Origin: Eledone cirrhosa
Taxonomy: Eukaryota
Assembly: GCA_964016885.1 (NCBI GenBank)
Contig: OZ024740.1
Location: 33,046,001-33,110,000, forward strand
Length of the DNA stretch: 64,000 nt
Direction of reading: 5' to 3'
Shown here: positions 1 to 13,269 of the stretch, in pieces
Position numbering within the stretch: the first letter of the stretch is position 1
Layout of the letters: each line of letters starts with the position of its first letter
The notes under the pieces: model-generated
Database searches by the model: none
Told to the model about the DNA's origin: nothing
The model's input: only the letters and a program-made list of their open reading frames with translations
Made by a program: the position numbers and the translations under genes

Positions 1-2093
1 GTTCACGTATATTACTGTTACACATCCATCGGAGCATGCAGGCTTCGTTTCTCTCTAATCTACGTAAGTCTTCCACCTTCAGCGCCCAGGTCTCACTACC
101 ATGCAACATCGCTGTTCGGATACACGCATCATACAGTCTGCCTTTCATTCTGAGGGAGAAGCCTTTTGCAGCTAGCAGTGGTAGTAGTTCCCTAAACTTC
201 TTCCATCCCGTTCTTACCCTAGTTATTGTACTTTCTGAGCACCCACCTCCGTTGCTAATTCGGTCACCTAGGTAGCAGAAGCTGTCTACTGTTTCTACAG
301 GGCCCTCCCAGAGATTGGTGGTACTTGTTTCCTGTGGCTGTTTGCTTGCTGTTTCAGCACAGCTGCTGCATGTGAATCCTACATTCTTAATTAAGCTTCC
401 TGAGATCCCGCTACATCTCTTGTGTACCCATTGTTTGCATTTGGGGCAAAGAATGGAGTTCCTACCTACACCTTTCCTACATACTGAGCAAGGCCATTTC
501 CCTGAGGGGATCTGGGTTCTGTTTTCTCGTCTACTTATAAGGACCTTAGTCTTTGTCATGTTGACTTTGAGGCCCTTTCTCTCTAGTCCCTGCTTCCAGG
601 TTTGGAATTTATTCTCTAGTTCTACCATAGATTCAGCTATGAGTGCGAGGTCATCAGCATACAGGAGTTCCCATGGGCATCCGGTCTTAAACTCCTCCGT
701 TATTGCCTGCAGGACTATGATGAACAGGAGAGGGCTAAGAACAGAGCCCTGGTGGACCCCAACCTGTACGCTAAATTCCTCGCTATACTCATTGCCAATC
801 CTAACTTTGCTGACTGCTCCCCTATACATAGCTTGTACCGCTTTCACAAGCCATTCATCTACTCCTAGTTTTCTAAGAGCCCACCAGATTACTGCACGTG
901 GAACTCTGTCAAAGGCTTTCTCAAGGTCGACAAATGCCAAGTAGAGTGGCTTACTTTTAGCTAGGTACTTTTCCTGTAATTGCCTCACAAGGAAGAGCGC
1001 ATCAGTGGTGCCTTTCCCTGGTACAAACCCAAATTGCATCTCGTCTATATTCACCCGGTCCCTAATCAGCTGTGCTATAACTCTTTCTGTTACTTTCATG
1101 ACCTGGTCCATCAACTTTATACCTCTATCTAGTGCATCGCCTTTACCTTTGTAGCAGTTGACAATGATGCTACTGCACCAATCTTTTGGTATGGCCCCCT
1201 CTAGTATTACCTGGTTAACGATACGTGTGGTTATAGTGTGACCTACAGACCCAGATGCCTTCAGCATCTCGGCAGCTATACCCAATGGACCGGTTGCCTT
1301 CCCTATCTTCATATCTCTGATTGCCTTACTTACTACGCTGCCGCTGACTTGTACTGCTGGTCCCTCTATAGGGTCTACGTGGGGTAGGGTCTCTTCTTCC
1401 CATGCATTCTCCTCATTTAGTAATCTATCATAATGACTCTTCCATGCATCTTTCTTCTCAGCACTTGTGAGGGCAAGCTCACCTTTATCATTCCGGATAC
1501 ACTTCTCTCCAATGACATCACAACTATCTCTGACACACTGCCTCGCAATCTTGAATACCTCCTGTTTCTGGTCCTCACGTTGTAAAACATGCTTGAATTT
1601 TCTATCCTCTGCTTCCCTCCTAGCTAAGTATACTTGTCGCCTAGCTTCCCTCTTGGTCTCTATGTAATGTACCCTGCTCCCCCCGTTCTTCCATTCTTTC
1701 CATGCCTGTCTCTTGGCCTTGACTGCTTCATCTACCTTATTGTTCCACCACCAAGTCACTCTCCTCCTGCTTGAGGTCTTACTCCAGTCACAAACCTCAT
1801 CCGTCGCCTCTAGTAAGTTATTTTTTAAGAACTCCCAGTTCTCTTCTACGTTAAATGTCTCTATCTGTTCTTCTTTACTGTCGTAGGCGTTGAGTAAAAT
1901 ATCTTTAAATCTGTTACTGGTTGAGGGGACTTTCAGCTTCCAGATCTTTCTTCTCCAGGTTGGCCTCTGTTTCAGGGCTCGTCTAGTTCTGACCGTGAGG
2001 TCGCTGACAACTAAGCTATGTTGGGATGTACATTCCTCACTAGGGAAGGCTTTTGTGTTTACGACCGTCCATCTGTCACGTCCTCTGATGAGG
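1..2093 (-). mobile_element. RTE-clade LINE fragment (subfamily A): end of endonuclease, RT and PHD-like finger; 5'-truncated, runs off the window start
   Basis: Minus strand reads YLAFVDLEKAFDRVP, GVHQGSVLSPLLF, ELLYADDL, GKWPCSVC; collinear with the RTE at 23.2-25.6 kb. Confidence 0.92.
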
Positions 2094-2190
2094 AAATGTT
2101 CAAATGATTTAAAAACATAATACCATGTTGAAACAAATGCAACATCATGACCAGATACTACTTAGTATAAGAGACCACTTGGCAAAGCTA

Positions 2191-2387
2191 CCATATATAC
2201 TCGAATATAAGCTGCCCCCCACCCATCACCTATTTTATGCATGAGAAATGGGCAAAATTCCAAACCCCAAACTGCCAATGCAGCTAATCAACACATTGTT
2301 TAGATGGCATATATAAGCTGATACCCCCATTTTACGATTGATTTTTTTTAGTCACATATTTCCCGGCTTATATTCAAGTATATATGG
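2191..2387. mobile_element. Tc1/mariner-superfamily (Tc2/pogo-like) MITE
   Basis: TIRs CCATATATACTCGAATATAAGC / GCTTATATTCAAGTATATATGG flanked by TA on both sides; second copy at 30897-31092. Confidence 0.8.
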
Positions 2388-2599
2388 TAAGTGCTGTAAG
2401 CATCTTTAATTCTGTCTGTGTGTACCCTGGGTATTAGAATATGTGTATCATATCATTAGTTAAGAGCTTTGGCTGTAAAAGCTGCTGCATTCCAAGCCCC
2501 ATCCAACTACACCTGCATGGAAAAGCAGAAGTAAAAATGACAAAGATGATATACTGGTACACAAGGTTATTGGTTAGTTTGTTGTATGTGTGAAGTATA

Positions 2600-2692
2600 T
2601 GTCTCATGTTATTGAATACATGCACCTTTGATGAGTTGTAGTGCACCTGAGCACTGTACACAATAATTTCATAATTATTATTATTGTTATTG
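2600..2692 (+). mobile_element. 3' end of CR1-like LINE
   Basis: GAGTTGTAGTGCACCTGAGCACTGTACACAATAATTTCAT plus (ATT)n tail, matching the 3' end of the CR1 at 45670-45722; shorter copy at about 12472-12518. Confidence 0.7.
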
Positions 2693-2857
2693 TGCACTTT
2701 TACTCGACCTTATTGGTCCATGTCTTTGTATTGTCCATGTCTTTGTATTGTCCCCTACATGTCAGCTCTTGTGGCCAATAAATGATATCATTATTATTAT
2801 TATAAAGATTGTCAGGTTTGTTATCCATTGTTTTATTTTCTTGTTTTCATTGATTAA

Positions 2858-3063
2858 CGCTTTAGCATTTAAACTGGGTGCATCCGGCCAGAATTCTCTC
2901 ACCTCTTTCTATTCAAACTAGACATAACTGGCTGCTCATACTGACATTAAGGTATTGTTCTCAAAATCTCGTAGATTCGATATTATGTGAGATAATTATG
3001 TAAGAAAAAGCCTTTACCACAAAAATACAATAATATATATAGAATAGTGTAAATGCTAAAGGA
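2858..3063 (+). mobile_element. piggyBac-type (TTAA) MITE, family 1
   Basis: TTAA-CGCTTTAGCATTTA ... TAAATGCTAAAGGA-TTAA; internal sequence shared with other copies in the window. Confidence 0.8.
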
Positions 3064-3334
3064 TTAAACCAATAATAATTATTTCAACTGAACCATAAGT
3101 CACACATTTCCTCAAACTATCATTAGATTAACCCCCCCCCCCCCAAAAAAAAATTTAAATTAAAAGCTCACACCTATACAAGTTTAGCTGGCCTGTTATG
3201 AAGTTAAGAGATTTCTTGGGTCTTTTAATGAAAGGGGTACCTGATATAGTCATGTTTACTAGCAAGTTTCACAGAAAGAAACAGACTGCCCAAACTGAGA
3301 CAATACTATCTTTTTAAATTAAATAAAGAAAAAT

Positions 3335-3710
3335 CATCATCATCATTGTTTAACATCAGCATTCCCTGCTAGCAAAGATTGAATGGGTCTACATAGACCA
3401 AGTCAGTACTGAAGTGGGGCTACTGACCTCCCAGACAGGCTGGAGGATCTGCATTTCACTTACATATGGTCTCAGTTCTACAGAGGGCACACAGGGGAGG
3501 TTCTCATGTCTTTAATACAACTGAAGGGTCCTCCCAACTCTTTGTTTGGCAGGCTTTCCACAGCTGGATGCCCTTCCTATCACCAACCACTTTACAGTGT
3601 ACTGGGTGGGTGCATTTATTGTGTAGAACAACACTAATGAGGCTGTCATGCCCATGAGATGACTGAAGGATCCTCCTATCCCAACCCTTTGTCTGACAAG
3701 TTTTCCAAGG
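3335..3710 (-). mobile_element. Degraded RTE-tailed SINE-like repeat
   Basis: (CAT)n tail, RTE-like 3' hairpin remnant and GCTGGATGCCCTTCCT module; a homologous copy lies at about 28150-28565. Confidence 0.55.
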
Positions 3711-3859
3711 TACCTATTTTTTTTTGGGGGGGGGGGGGGCTAAAGATTGAAAAACAGGAGGAGGAATGGTTGGAATGAAGGGGGGAAAAGCAGCTAGTGG
3801 AAGGGGCATGAGGAGAAGTGAGTAGCTACTAGCATGCAAGTGAGGGCTTTTGAGGGGAA

Positions 3860-4055
3860 TTTAGCTTTTAAACCAGCTGTATCTGGCCAGAATTTTCTCA
3901 CCCTTTTCTGTTCAAACCGGGTGCTCATATTTATGTTAAGGTATTGTTCTCAAAATAAATAATATCAAAATCTCATAGATTCCATATTATGTGAGATAAA
4001 GTGTTTACCACAAAAATACAATAGTATATAGAGTAATGTAAATGCTAAATGGTCA
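3860..4055 (+). mobile_element. piggyBac-type MITE family 1, degraded
   Basis: Same internal sequence (GGCCAGAATTTTCTCACC ... AAAATCTCATAGATTC ... TAAATGCTAAA). Confidence 0.7.
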
Positions 4056-4318
4056 AGGGAACAGCAGCTAAAAGGTGAATGCTGGAGGAGGCAAGGGTGA
4101 GGTGGTGTACTGATGGTGAGGATAGCTGCTAAGGAGTGTTGGTGGAAAGGGGATACAGGGATAAGTCAGACAGGATTGTATGCTGTTGGTCAGGTCTTCA
4201 TTAACACCAACCCTCAAGGCCCTTTGTCATTTCTGTTGTGAGGTTTAGGTTGTTTTTTTTATAGAAAAATCTTTGCTATTATAAACAATTAAACTACAAA
4301 ATTCATATTAACTATTAA

Positions 4319-4630
4319 CCCTTAATATCCTGTACCACACGAAACCACATTTGCGAGTCTTGAAAAATACAAAACAGCACTACTACTGCATCAATCTTTA
4401 CTCTAAAACTGCAAATTTTCACGATATGTCTAGTAGTAAAAATACTATAAATATTTACAAATTAACAAACCTGTTTTTAGATATTTTCATTTTCTGCTAT
4501 AACATGTGAAGAATTAAAGATGAAATTCTTTAGTTTGTTAAGAAAATAGTTTTATAATATATATATATTTTTAAATGTATCTAAAAGAATAAAATTGAAG
4601 TTTTTATCATGATCTAAGTGCAAATATTAA
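4319..4630 (+). mobile_element. Putative second TTAA MITE family
   Basis: Begins TTAA-CCCTTAAT; homologous to 30087-30368, which ends in a complementary GTTCGGAACATAAAGG. Right edge uncertain. Confidence 0.45.
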
Positions 4631-4650
4631 CAGTGGAATGTATTGTTTAA

Positions 4651-4869
4651 CCCTTTCGCATTTAAACTGGCTGTATCTGGTCAGAATTCTCTCACCTCTT
4701 CCTGTTCAAACCGGCTGTACCTGGCCACTCATACTGACGTCAAGGTATTTTTCTCTAAATAAATAACATCAAAATCTCATAGATTCTATTTTGTGAGATA
4801 ATTATGTAAGATAAAGCCTTTACCGTGAAAATACTGTAGTAAATATAGAGTAATATAAATACTAAAGGG
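4651..4869 (+). mobile_element. piggyBac-type MITE family 1
   Basis: TTAA|CCCTTTCGCATTTA ... TAAATACTAAAGGG|TTAA, 219 bp. Confidence 0.85.
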
Positions 4870-4959
4870 TTAATTCCTAGTTTATAACTCTTTTAAAGAA
4901 ACGGTATATTGCTTGCCTGGCATGCTTCAATTATTGATTCCTGGTCAATCGAATTTATT

Positions 4960-5185
4960 GGCTGTGTTATTAAGAAGTTCACTTCACAAACATGTGGTTT
5001 CAAGTTCAGTCTTACTACATGGCACAGTAAAGTGATAGCACTGGTGCCACAATAAAAAACACCTAGTCCACACTAAGCTGGTACTATGATAAAATACACT
5101 GTCCACTCTGTAAGGTGGTAGTGCAGGAGTGACCATAAAATGCTTCCAGTCCACTCTGTAAATTGTCTGGTGTTAGGAAGAGAAT
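4960..5185 (+). mobile_element. Degraded tRNA-derived SINE with tandemly repeated tail module
   Basis: Head GGCTGTGTTATTAAG ... AGTTCAGTC; repeated GTCCACTCTGTAA units ending TGTTAGGAAGAGAATCC; inverted units follow at 5190-5340. Confidence 0.5.
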
Positions 5186-5581
5186 CCAAGCCCACTTTAT
5201 TGTGTGGGCTGGGTGTATTTTATTGTGGTACAAGCACTACCACTTGACAGAGTGGGCTGGGTGTTTTTTATCGCGGCACTAGCACTACCATTTTACAGAG
5301 TGGGATGGGTGTATTTTATCGTGGTACCAGCACTACTTCATTACAATACCTGGCTGGGGAGGCTTTGATATGAGGGCTGGTGTAAAATACATACACATCA
5401 ATAACTGCTTTCTCTTGTTTGAAAGTGGCACTCCAGCATGACCACAGTCCAATCACTGACAAGTAAAAGAGTCAATAAATCTTTTAGTTTTTATATTTGT
5501 TTTGCAAGATTCTTGATGTGAAATCGTATGTTGAAACAGGTTTTGTCATACTTTAGGAGGGTCATGAAACTAATAAACAAA

Positions 5582-5895
5582 GGGTAAAGACCCCTTTCAG
5601 TCACGAATGACCATCATGGGATTTGCACTTAGAAAGTTTCCTTTCTGAGAAGTTTGAGCAAGATGGGGTTTTTTTTTTTGTGTGGAAGACCAGCAGTCGC
5701 CCATGCATACCAGTCTCCTCTCTCCATGCCACCAATGTTGTCCAAGGAGAAGGCAAAGACCGATATAGCTTGGCACCAGTGAGGTCGCAACTCACCAGGA
5801 GCAATGTGAAATAAAGCGTCTTGCTCAAGAACACAACCCATTACCCGGTCCTGGAATTGAACTCACAACCTCACGATTGGGAATCCGACGTCCCA
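5582..5895 (-). mobile_element. tRNA-derived SINE with CORE-like domain
   Basis: Minus strand has B box GAGTTCAATTCC, then TTGAGCAAGACGCTTTATTTCACATTGCTCC shared with the SINEs at 46250 and 47279, then a different tail. Confidence 0.7.
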
Positions 5896-7254
5896 GTTAA
5901 TAAAATCAATGAGATGACTGAGCCATCAAACATTACTTTGATCGTTTACAACTAAAAGCTCTTTACAAGACAAAATTAAGAATATCTTTGTTCTTATTTG
6001 CAGCATTTCTCAGTTACTTTAAAGTATAAATCCCAATTAAAATACTTTGTTATTCATTATGTAAGAAGATAATAGATAATACATGTTTAAGAAATAGTTT
6101 GTTGGAAACGGCAATTGATGAGAGAATGAGTATGACCTTTAATCAGTAATGTCTTAGGCCATGCCAAGAAACCTCCATTATCTGGTATATTGCTATTCTG
6201 TTCTGACTCCTAAATTGTAACGTATAATAGTTCCACTCAAAACTACCGACTATTTGCACACTTATCATTTTGCTGTGAACAAAATTGTTAATTTTCCAAA
6301 ATCTTTCACAAAATATTACATGTAATTTATTATTATTTTTTTTATTTCAACGACTGCCCCTATTCCACAAAACTCCGAATTCCCTTCACATATATACATT
6401 ACTACTCCTTTTAACAATGTTCATTACATTAACCACGCCAAGCTCGCCCGTTTTCATTTATCAGATTTTAAAAAAGGAGACCTTTTGGGTTATAGGAAAC
6501 TGTCTTTCTACTTTGTACACATAATCACAAAAAATTCCTGCATTCTATAGAGAATTCGCCAAACAATAGCTTTTTGTTAAAGTACAAGTCGTAAACGTGT
6601 CCCAGGATCCTTTGTTATGCATCTTTTTAAACTTCCAGATTCCTTTCATACCTTCTATAAAATGCTATTTATAAACAATAATTACTATTTATAATTATTT
6701 TTTCTTTTTATATTTCATCTTTGATACTGAAGAAACCTATGAACTTTCAGAAATCAAAGCATGCTTACTCTACACATTTCTGAGCAGTAAGAAAATATAA
6801 TATATGATAAAGAGTGAAACCTATGAGTTAGTAGTTAAATCAATACACACTGAAAATATGTGTAATTCAAACATTTCATTCAACGCCAAACTTAAAAAAA
6901 AAAAAATTGAATAAGGAAATCAAAATTAATAAATTTACATTAGAAATAGAAAAATTATAAAATATTTAGTTAAATGGCATTAGATGAAATTAATATGAAC
7001 CATAGGTGTGTAAATTCAAGATTGTTGACATAAATGGGGATGTAGAAATTATTTTATTTTAAGTATTTGAATAGTAGAACCATGATTGTTGAAAGCCGAC
7101 GACCAGATCAATAATTTGCATTTATTCACATATCGCATCTAAGATGAACCGACTTCGGTAGAAAGCATAAATTGAAGAAAACAATAAGACTATAAGCGGC
7201 AGTGAAATAAATATAATATAATATATATAATATTATATATAAATATATATATAT

Positions 7255-7286
<32 letters not shown>

Positions 7287-8138
7287 GCGACAAATGTATT
7301 TTATTGAATGGTTAATAATTCTATCTGGACAATAAAACATGTAATTCTATAAAAGAAATAAAGTTATGTTGCTGCCTTGTTTTCTAAATTTATAAATTAA
7401 GAAAAATTAAATATAGTTAGTAGAAATCGAAACCATATTAAGGAAAGAAAACGTGTTTTGTAAAAAAAGAAAAAAAAAAAGAGAGAGAAAATCTTTTGTT
7501 AATGTATTTTATAATTTGACTTTATTAAAACCTTCAACGAGAAATATATTAACTATTGATGAATATTCCCAAAATTTATTTCGTTAATCTATATTAATAA
7601 TATGAAAAATGAGCCGCATTATTGAATAGATGTTAAAGATGTGGCATCTGTATGGTTTAAAAGGAGTAAAATGAGAAGTGGTGCATAAAAATATAGCAGG
7701 CTGTAAAGAAGTGGGATATAAAGTAAAAGGTGGAGAATAGGAGAGAGAGGATTGCAAATAGAGGAGGTAGTAATGAGTAGAAATAATTCTAAAAGCAGTC
7801 GTCTTTACACTAACACAAATATAAGAGAAAGATATTTCAATTTCTAACAGAGAAACGATGTTAATTATTTAAATTTCGGCGAGCACCAATTAAAATAAAA
7901 GCAAAAACAATCAGATTTTTTCAAATAAAATAAAATATCCCCCCCCCCCCCCCCCCCCCCCAATATATCAATAATTAATATTCAGTATAAACCGTTGCCG
8001 AATTTAATATAAAACTATCTTATTTATATTTTTTGTAATTAGAAATTCCATATCTTATAAAAATTAAAACAAAAGTAATACAAATTCTACAATTTCCTTA
8101 TCATAAAACCTCTGAAGACAATTATTGCCGCAAATTCG

Positions 8139-8209
<71 letters not shown>

Positions 8210-9632
8210 AGTGCAATAACATAGAAATATTTATATATAAAGATTTTAAATGATGAAAAATATTCAAATGAAAAGATCTCAAATCAAGAAAGATAAAGAA
8301 AGAATTGTCCGAATTAACGGCAGGGATGAAATAATGAGTGACTGCCGCCGTGTTGCGGGAGTGAGGAACACACATCAATTATAGGAAGGTAAAGCCTATT
8401 CCACCAACATACTTCGATTAGTTTTAACCCCAAACGGATACAGCCACAAATATCTACATTTGAAAAATTATGTAAATGAGAATTTTCACATATTTTACGG
8501 ACTAAAATCGTATCAATTAGAACAATACGGTTTATAAGTTAACAGGCATTATTCATAGATCATCAATTTAACATCTGCTTTACAATTTTATCTATCTATG
8601 TGTATGTATGTATATATATATATATATATATATAATCATTTATTTATTTAACAGATAATTTCATCTGAACTCGTTTACCGTAACCGTATGCATAACTTAA
8701 GACGTTTAAATATATATTTTACTGATATAAAAGAAAAAGGATATTGTAAGTTAAAATATTAGAGCCATATTTTCATTAGGAATTTAAAAATATTACCGAA
8801 ATATATATTAAAACAATACAATTTATAAGGTAATCACTTGTAACAAATATTTTAGGTTAAAGTAAATTATAAACGTGGGAGTCATTTTTCCATTCAAGTG
8901 CAAGCACATGGCTCATAGAGAATGTCATATCTTACTAGAAGATAAGGAATTTTTTTAGATGACGGTAATACGATTTAAATTTGTTGTTATCGGATTTATA
9001 ACAAGGAAAAGAAATAAAAAAAATGATTATTTGAATGTGATAAATTATAAGGGTAAATATAAAATGTATTATTACGTACCTTAGCAAGCACTGTTTACCA
9101 GGGGGTGCACAGTACTTCGCTGCCCAACTACAACAAAGACAACCGATGACGTAAACTAGAATGATGAGTTGCAAACTTCTAGGAGACGACGGTTTTCGAT
9201 TAAGTATAATCCATTAAAAAGCTAACAACATTACATGGTTATATTTTACCATCTAAAACCCTAAAATAAAGATTTATTGTAAATCAAGTTTATTTTTCAT
9301 CGTAACAGTTAACCGTGAACGATATGATAGAACAGTTTTTGACGTTCATAGACAGAGCAGGTGTCCTTCCTTCTATTCTTTTATTCGCTAATTTCATACC
9401 AGGAAAACAAAATCCATAATTTTGTTATTAATTAAGCATTTTGATTAGTATAATTATTTTGTGTTGAAAATAATTTTTACCTTCTACGTTAGATTTTAAA
9501 TTTGATCTTGACCTTAATGAAGAAAAAAAAAAATTAAGAGTCAGATCTGCTTTATCAGAATGATTTAGAAAACAGTTATAAATACAAAAACGATTTTATT
9601 AAATATCAAATTCTTCAGAAATTGAAACAAAA

Positions 9633-9682
<50 letters not shown>

Positions 9683-9977
9683 CACACGCACACACACATA
9701 CACACACACAATGTCGAATCAGCCTCTGCTGCGGGATATACTCTTTCTTGGCTGTCAATTTGACATCTCAATGATGTCTAATAACAGCTGATACCATCCC
9801 ACCTCTTCTCATAACGCCAAACACCATTAATGATGACAAAACAATGATTGCTTTTATTTTATTTCCCTACAAAGCTTAATTTTCTCGTTTCTATCCATAA
9901 AGACACCCTGCTAAATCTCAGCTCTGTGCAACTACTTCATTTCCACCTTTAGCTGAACATAATCAGGTTTTTCTTTC

Positions 9978-10762
9978 ATTAGCCTGGGTTAAATCTTACG
10001 TTCACCTGCAGTGCAGTGTCAATGACCTCCTCACTGTCCTGGTTCAGTCCACTCTAACCATTAGCCTTGGTTAAATCTCACATTTACCTGTCGTATTAAT
10101 GACCTCCTCACTGTCCTGGTTCAGTCCACTCTAACCATTAGCCTTGGTTAAATCTCACATTTACCTGTTGTATTAATGACCTCCTCACTGTCCTGGTTCA
10201 GTCCCACTCTAACCATTAGCCTTGGTTAAATCTCACATTTACCTGTTGTATTAATGACCTCCTCACTGTCCTGGTTCAGTCCCACTCTAACCATTAGCCT
10301 TGGTTAAATCTCACATTTACCTGTTGTATTAATGACCTCCTCACTGTCCTGGTTCAGTCCCACTCTAACCATTAGCCTTGGTTAAATCTCACATTTACCT
10401 GTTGTATTAATGACCTCCTCACTGTCCTGGTTCAGTCCACTCTAACCATTAGCCTTGGTTAAATCTCACATTTACCTGTCGTATTAATGACCTCCTCACT
10501 GTCCTGGTTCAGTCCACTCTAACCATTAGCCTTGGTTAAATCTCACATTTACCTGTTGTATTAATGACCTCCTCACTGTCCTGGTTCAGTCCCACTCTAA
10601 CCATTAGCCTTGGTTAAATCTCACATTTACCTGTTGTATTAATGACCTCCTCACTGTCCTGGTTCAGTCCCACTCTAACCATTAGCCTTGGTTAAATCTC
10701 ACATTTACCTGTTGTATTAATGACCTCCTCACTGTCCTGGTTCAGTCCCACTCTAACCATTA
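9978..10762. repeat. 77-78 bp minisatellite, about 10 copies
   Basis: Unit AATGACCTCCTCACTGTCCTGGTTCAGTCC(C)ACTCTAACCATTAGCCTTGGTTAAATCTCACATTTACCTGTTGTATT, near-identical copies. Confidence 0.97.
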
Positions 10763-11499
10763 GGACATCAACCTTGTGTTGTGTCTCACATTACTCCATT
10801 ACTAAGAAAACTTCAAGAAAAAGACGCAATAAACTTAATTAAGAAAATGATTATAATGGCAAAAACAACTTAGAATCTATAAGCAGACATATTCTGAAGT
10901 TGTAATGGTATGAATATATAATAGCTACACTAATATAGGAATCTGATCTGACAAAAGGAATCTTTCATTCTAAAATGGTAGTCCCATCTGAAACTAATAA
11001 ATGTATATCATGATACATCCTTACATTTTCTTCAATTAAGTTTATTGCGTTTTTTCTTGAAAATACTCATGATACATCTTAAGGCTAACTTTGCATATAT
11101 TCATCATGCCATGGTGTAGGTTTAGAACACCAGAATGAATATTATGAAATATTTTGTGATACTAATCCTATTCTGCATGTTTTTAGTACATATTCCAAAG
11201 ATATATTCTTTATATACTTCTAAAAGGTAATAATGTGAAATAGTTTTGGCAAGCTAAATAGCAGATAAACACATGTATGTGTGTATATGAATCAACATCA
11301 TCATTTTACGTCCGCTTTTCACTGCTTGCAAGGGTGGGACATGTATGGTAACTAAAATTCATATCATTGTCATCATCATCATTTAATGTCTACTTACACT
11401 TCTAGGGTTGCACCAATAAGAAAATTGACCAATAACAATTAATCAAGCACCAATTATCTGTAATCTATTAATGTATTATGATATGAAAAGACATATTAT

Positions 11500-12110
11500 A
11501 TCATCATTGTTTAACATTTTCCATGCTTGCATGGGTTGGACGGGTTGTCACATTATGAATTAAGTCAGGTCGGGAGACAACGTGCTCATACAGATATGTA
11601 TTTTCGTCGGGTTTCTATGGCTGGATGCCCTTCCTAATATCAACTATGTTACAGCGTGGACTGGGTACTTTTTATCGTGACACTAAAATGATCACCTTAC
11701 AAGGTGGACAGGACGCTAACGTCATGTCACCAGCATGGTAACCTTACAGGGTGGACTGGTTTCTTTTTGTTATGTCACCAATACGACAACCAAACAAGGT
11801 GGACTGGGTGCTTTTTGTCGTGTCACCAGTATGACCACATTACAGGGTGGATTGGATGTCTTTTTGTTGTGTCATGTCACCAGCACAACCACCTTACAGG
11901 GTGGACTGAGTGCTTTTTTGTGTTACCAGAAGATCCTCTATACAGGGTAGAGGAGGTCTCCTGTCAAGTCACCAGCATTATCATCTTATAGAGGATATTT
12001 GTAGCTGCTGCTTTTCATGTTATTGGTACGGCCAGACTTACAGGATGGATTAGGTGTTTTGTTGTTACGTTGACAGATCACCACACAGAGTGGACAAAGT
12101 GCTTTTTGTC
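11500..12110 (-). mobile_element. RTE-tailed SINE-like element with a degenerate ~50-bp tandem array
   Basis: RTE hairpin CCATGCTTGCATGG, GCTGGATGCCCTTCCT module, then repeats of ACCTTACAGGGTGGACTGGGTGCTTTTTGTCGTGTCACCAG. Confidence 0.55.
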
Positions 12111-13182
12111 ATGGCAGCAGTGTTATGGAAGGGGTGGGGGGATCTGGAGCATGTCCTACTTTCCATGCTTGTATATAGAGATTGAGCATGACTAGTGTGG
12201 TTCCACAAAAGTGTATAAGGTGGGGAGAGGAGGGAAAATGCAAGATGGATATGAATGAGGTATTTAGTGAGGGTGAAGGTATTAAGACTAGGGAACTGAG
12301 GAAGGGGAGGGAAACGCTAGTTGCAGGCTAGTGTCTACATGTTGTTTCATCCTGTGCATATGGGAATTTTATAATTAATCACAATTATGGAGCTACTATC
12401 TCAGAGCACACAATGACAAAATTAGGCCGATTATATTGTAGGGCGTAACATATATGAACCTGCAAGGAATCAGTTACAGTGCACCTGAGCACTGTACACA
12501 ATAATTTCATTATTCATTAAAAATGAAAAAGATTTGATGTTTTTTCATTATAATTTACAAATTCTTAAATTTGATTATTAAATTTTATTTTTTGTTTGAA
12601 CAAGTTAAAATATTATTGGAAAAATTTGAATACTTTTAAATAAAGATGTAAACAGAATCTTTATAATTTTAAAATTAATTATTTTTAAAAGATCAATTAA
12701 AAAATACATTCTCTCAGGTAGGTAGAAAGGTCTTTCATCTACTTAATCACAATTTAACCCACGTAGAGTTACCTCCCCTTGGCAGTACTAAGTAATTTCC
12801 GGTTGTATAGATCAGTACATTTCAGCATGAGGAGTTTATATTACAATGGTGGGCTTAAATTGTGTGCCCTAGGAAATAATGTTTCATATGCATTTCTACA
12901 AGTTGAATACAATGTGTTTTCCGAATTTCTCTGTCATCCAGGGTTTTCTTGCTCGATAATAATTTTAAAAATGGCCAATTATCAAAACCGATTACTCAGC
13001 AAAATGGCCGATGTGGCCAATATTGATTATCTGCTGATTAATTGCTGGAACCCTAATATATATGTGGGAGTGTATATGGGTGTGTGTGTGTGCATATACA
13101 TATTTAATTGTGTTATGTGCAAATGAGCCTCCCAAGCAGGTAATCATCACGCAAAGTTCTATATAGACAATAGTTTATTTCA

Positions 13183-13269
13183 TGCCAGTACATTTTGAGT
13201 GAGAGTCGCTGAAGAAAGAATAGCAAATCTTGAAACAGCACTGTCTGATATTCTCAGAACATACTGGCA
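13183..13269 (+). ncRNA. Type I hammerhead ribozyme motif (minimal stem III, Penelope/retrozyme type)
   Basis: Core CTGAAGA 13209-13215; stem II AAGA/TCTT; GAAA 13232-13235; stem III CAG-ca-CTG; GUC triplet ending at 13245; stem I GTCG/TGAT plus TGAGA/TCTCA, extended by TGCCAGTA/TACTGGCA. Confidence 0.72.

Noticed and set aside
36-2120. Plus-strand ORFs over LINEs (also 23508-26168 and 47637-49370)
   Set aside because: Antisense shadows of RTE coding sequence.
7135-7172. GATGA-ACCG/CGGT-AGAAA hammerhead-like string
   Set aside because: The CUGANGA core is absent and no closing stems were found.
9978-10762. CRISPR-like appearance of regular repeats (also 20704-21114 and 34011-34248)
   Set aside because: No unique spacers, no cas genes, and a eukaryotic context.
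12938-13055. CAGGGTT...AACCCTA possible hAT-type MITE
   Set aside because: Only a ~6-bp TIR and no clear 8-bp TSD.
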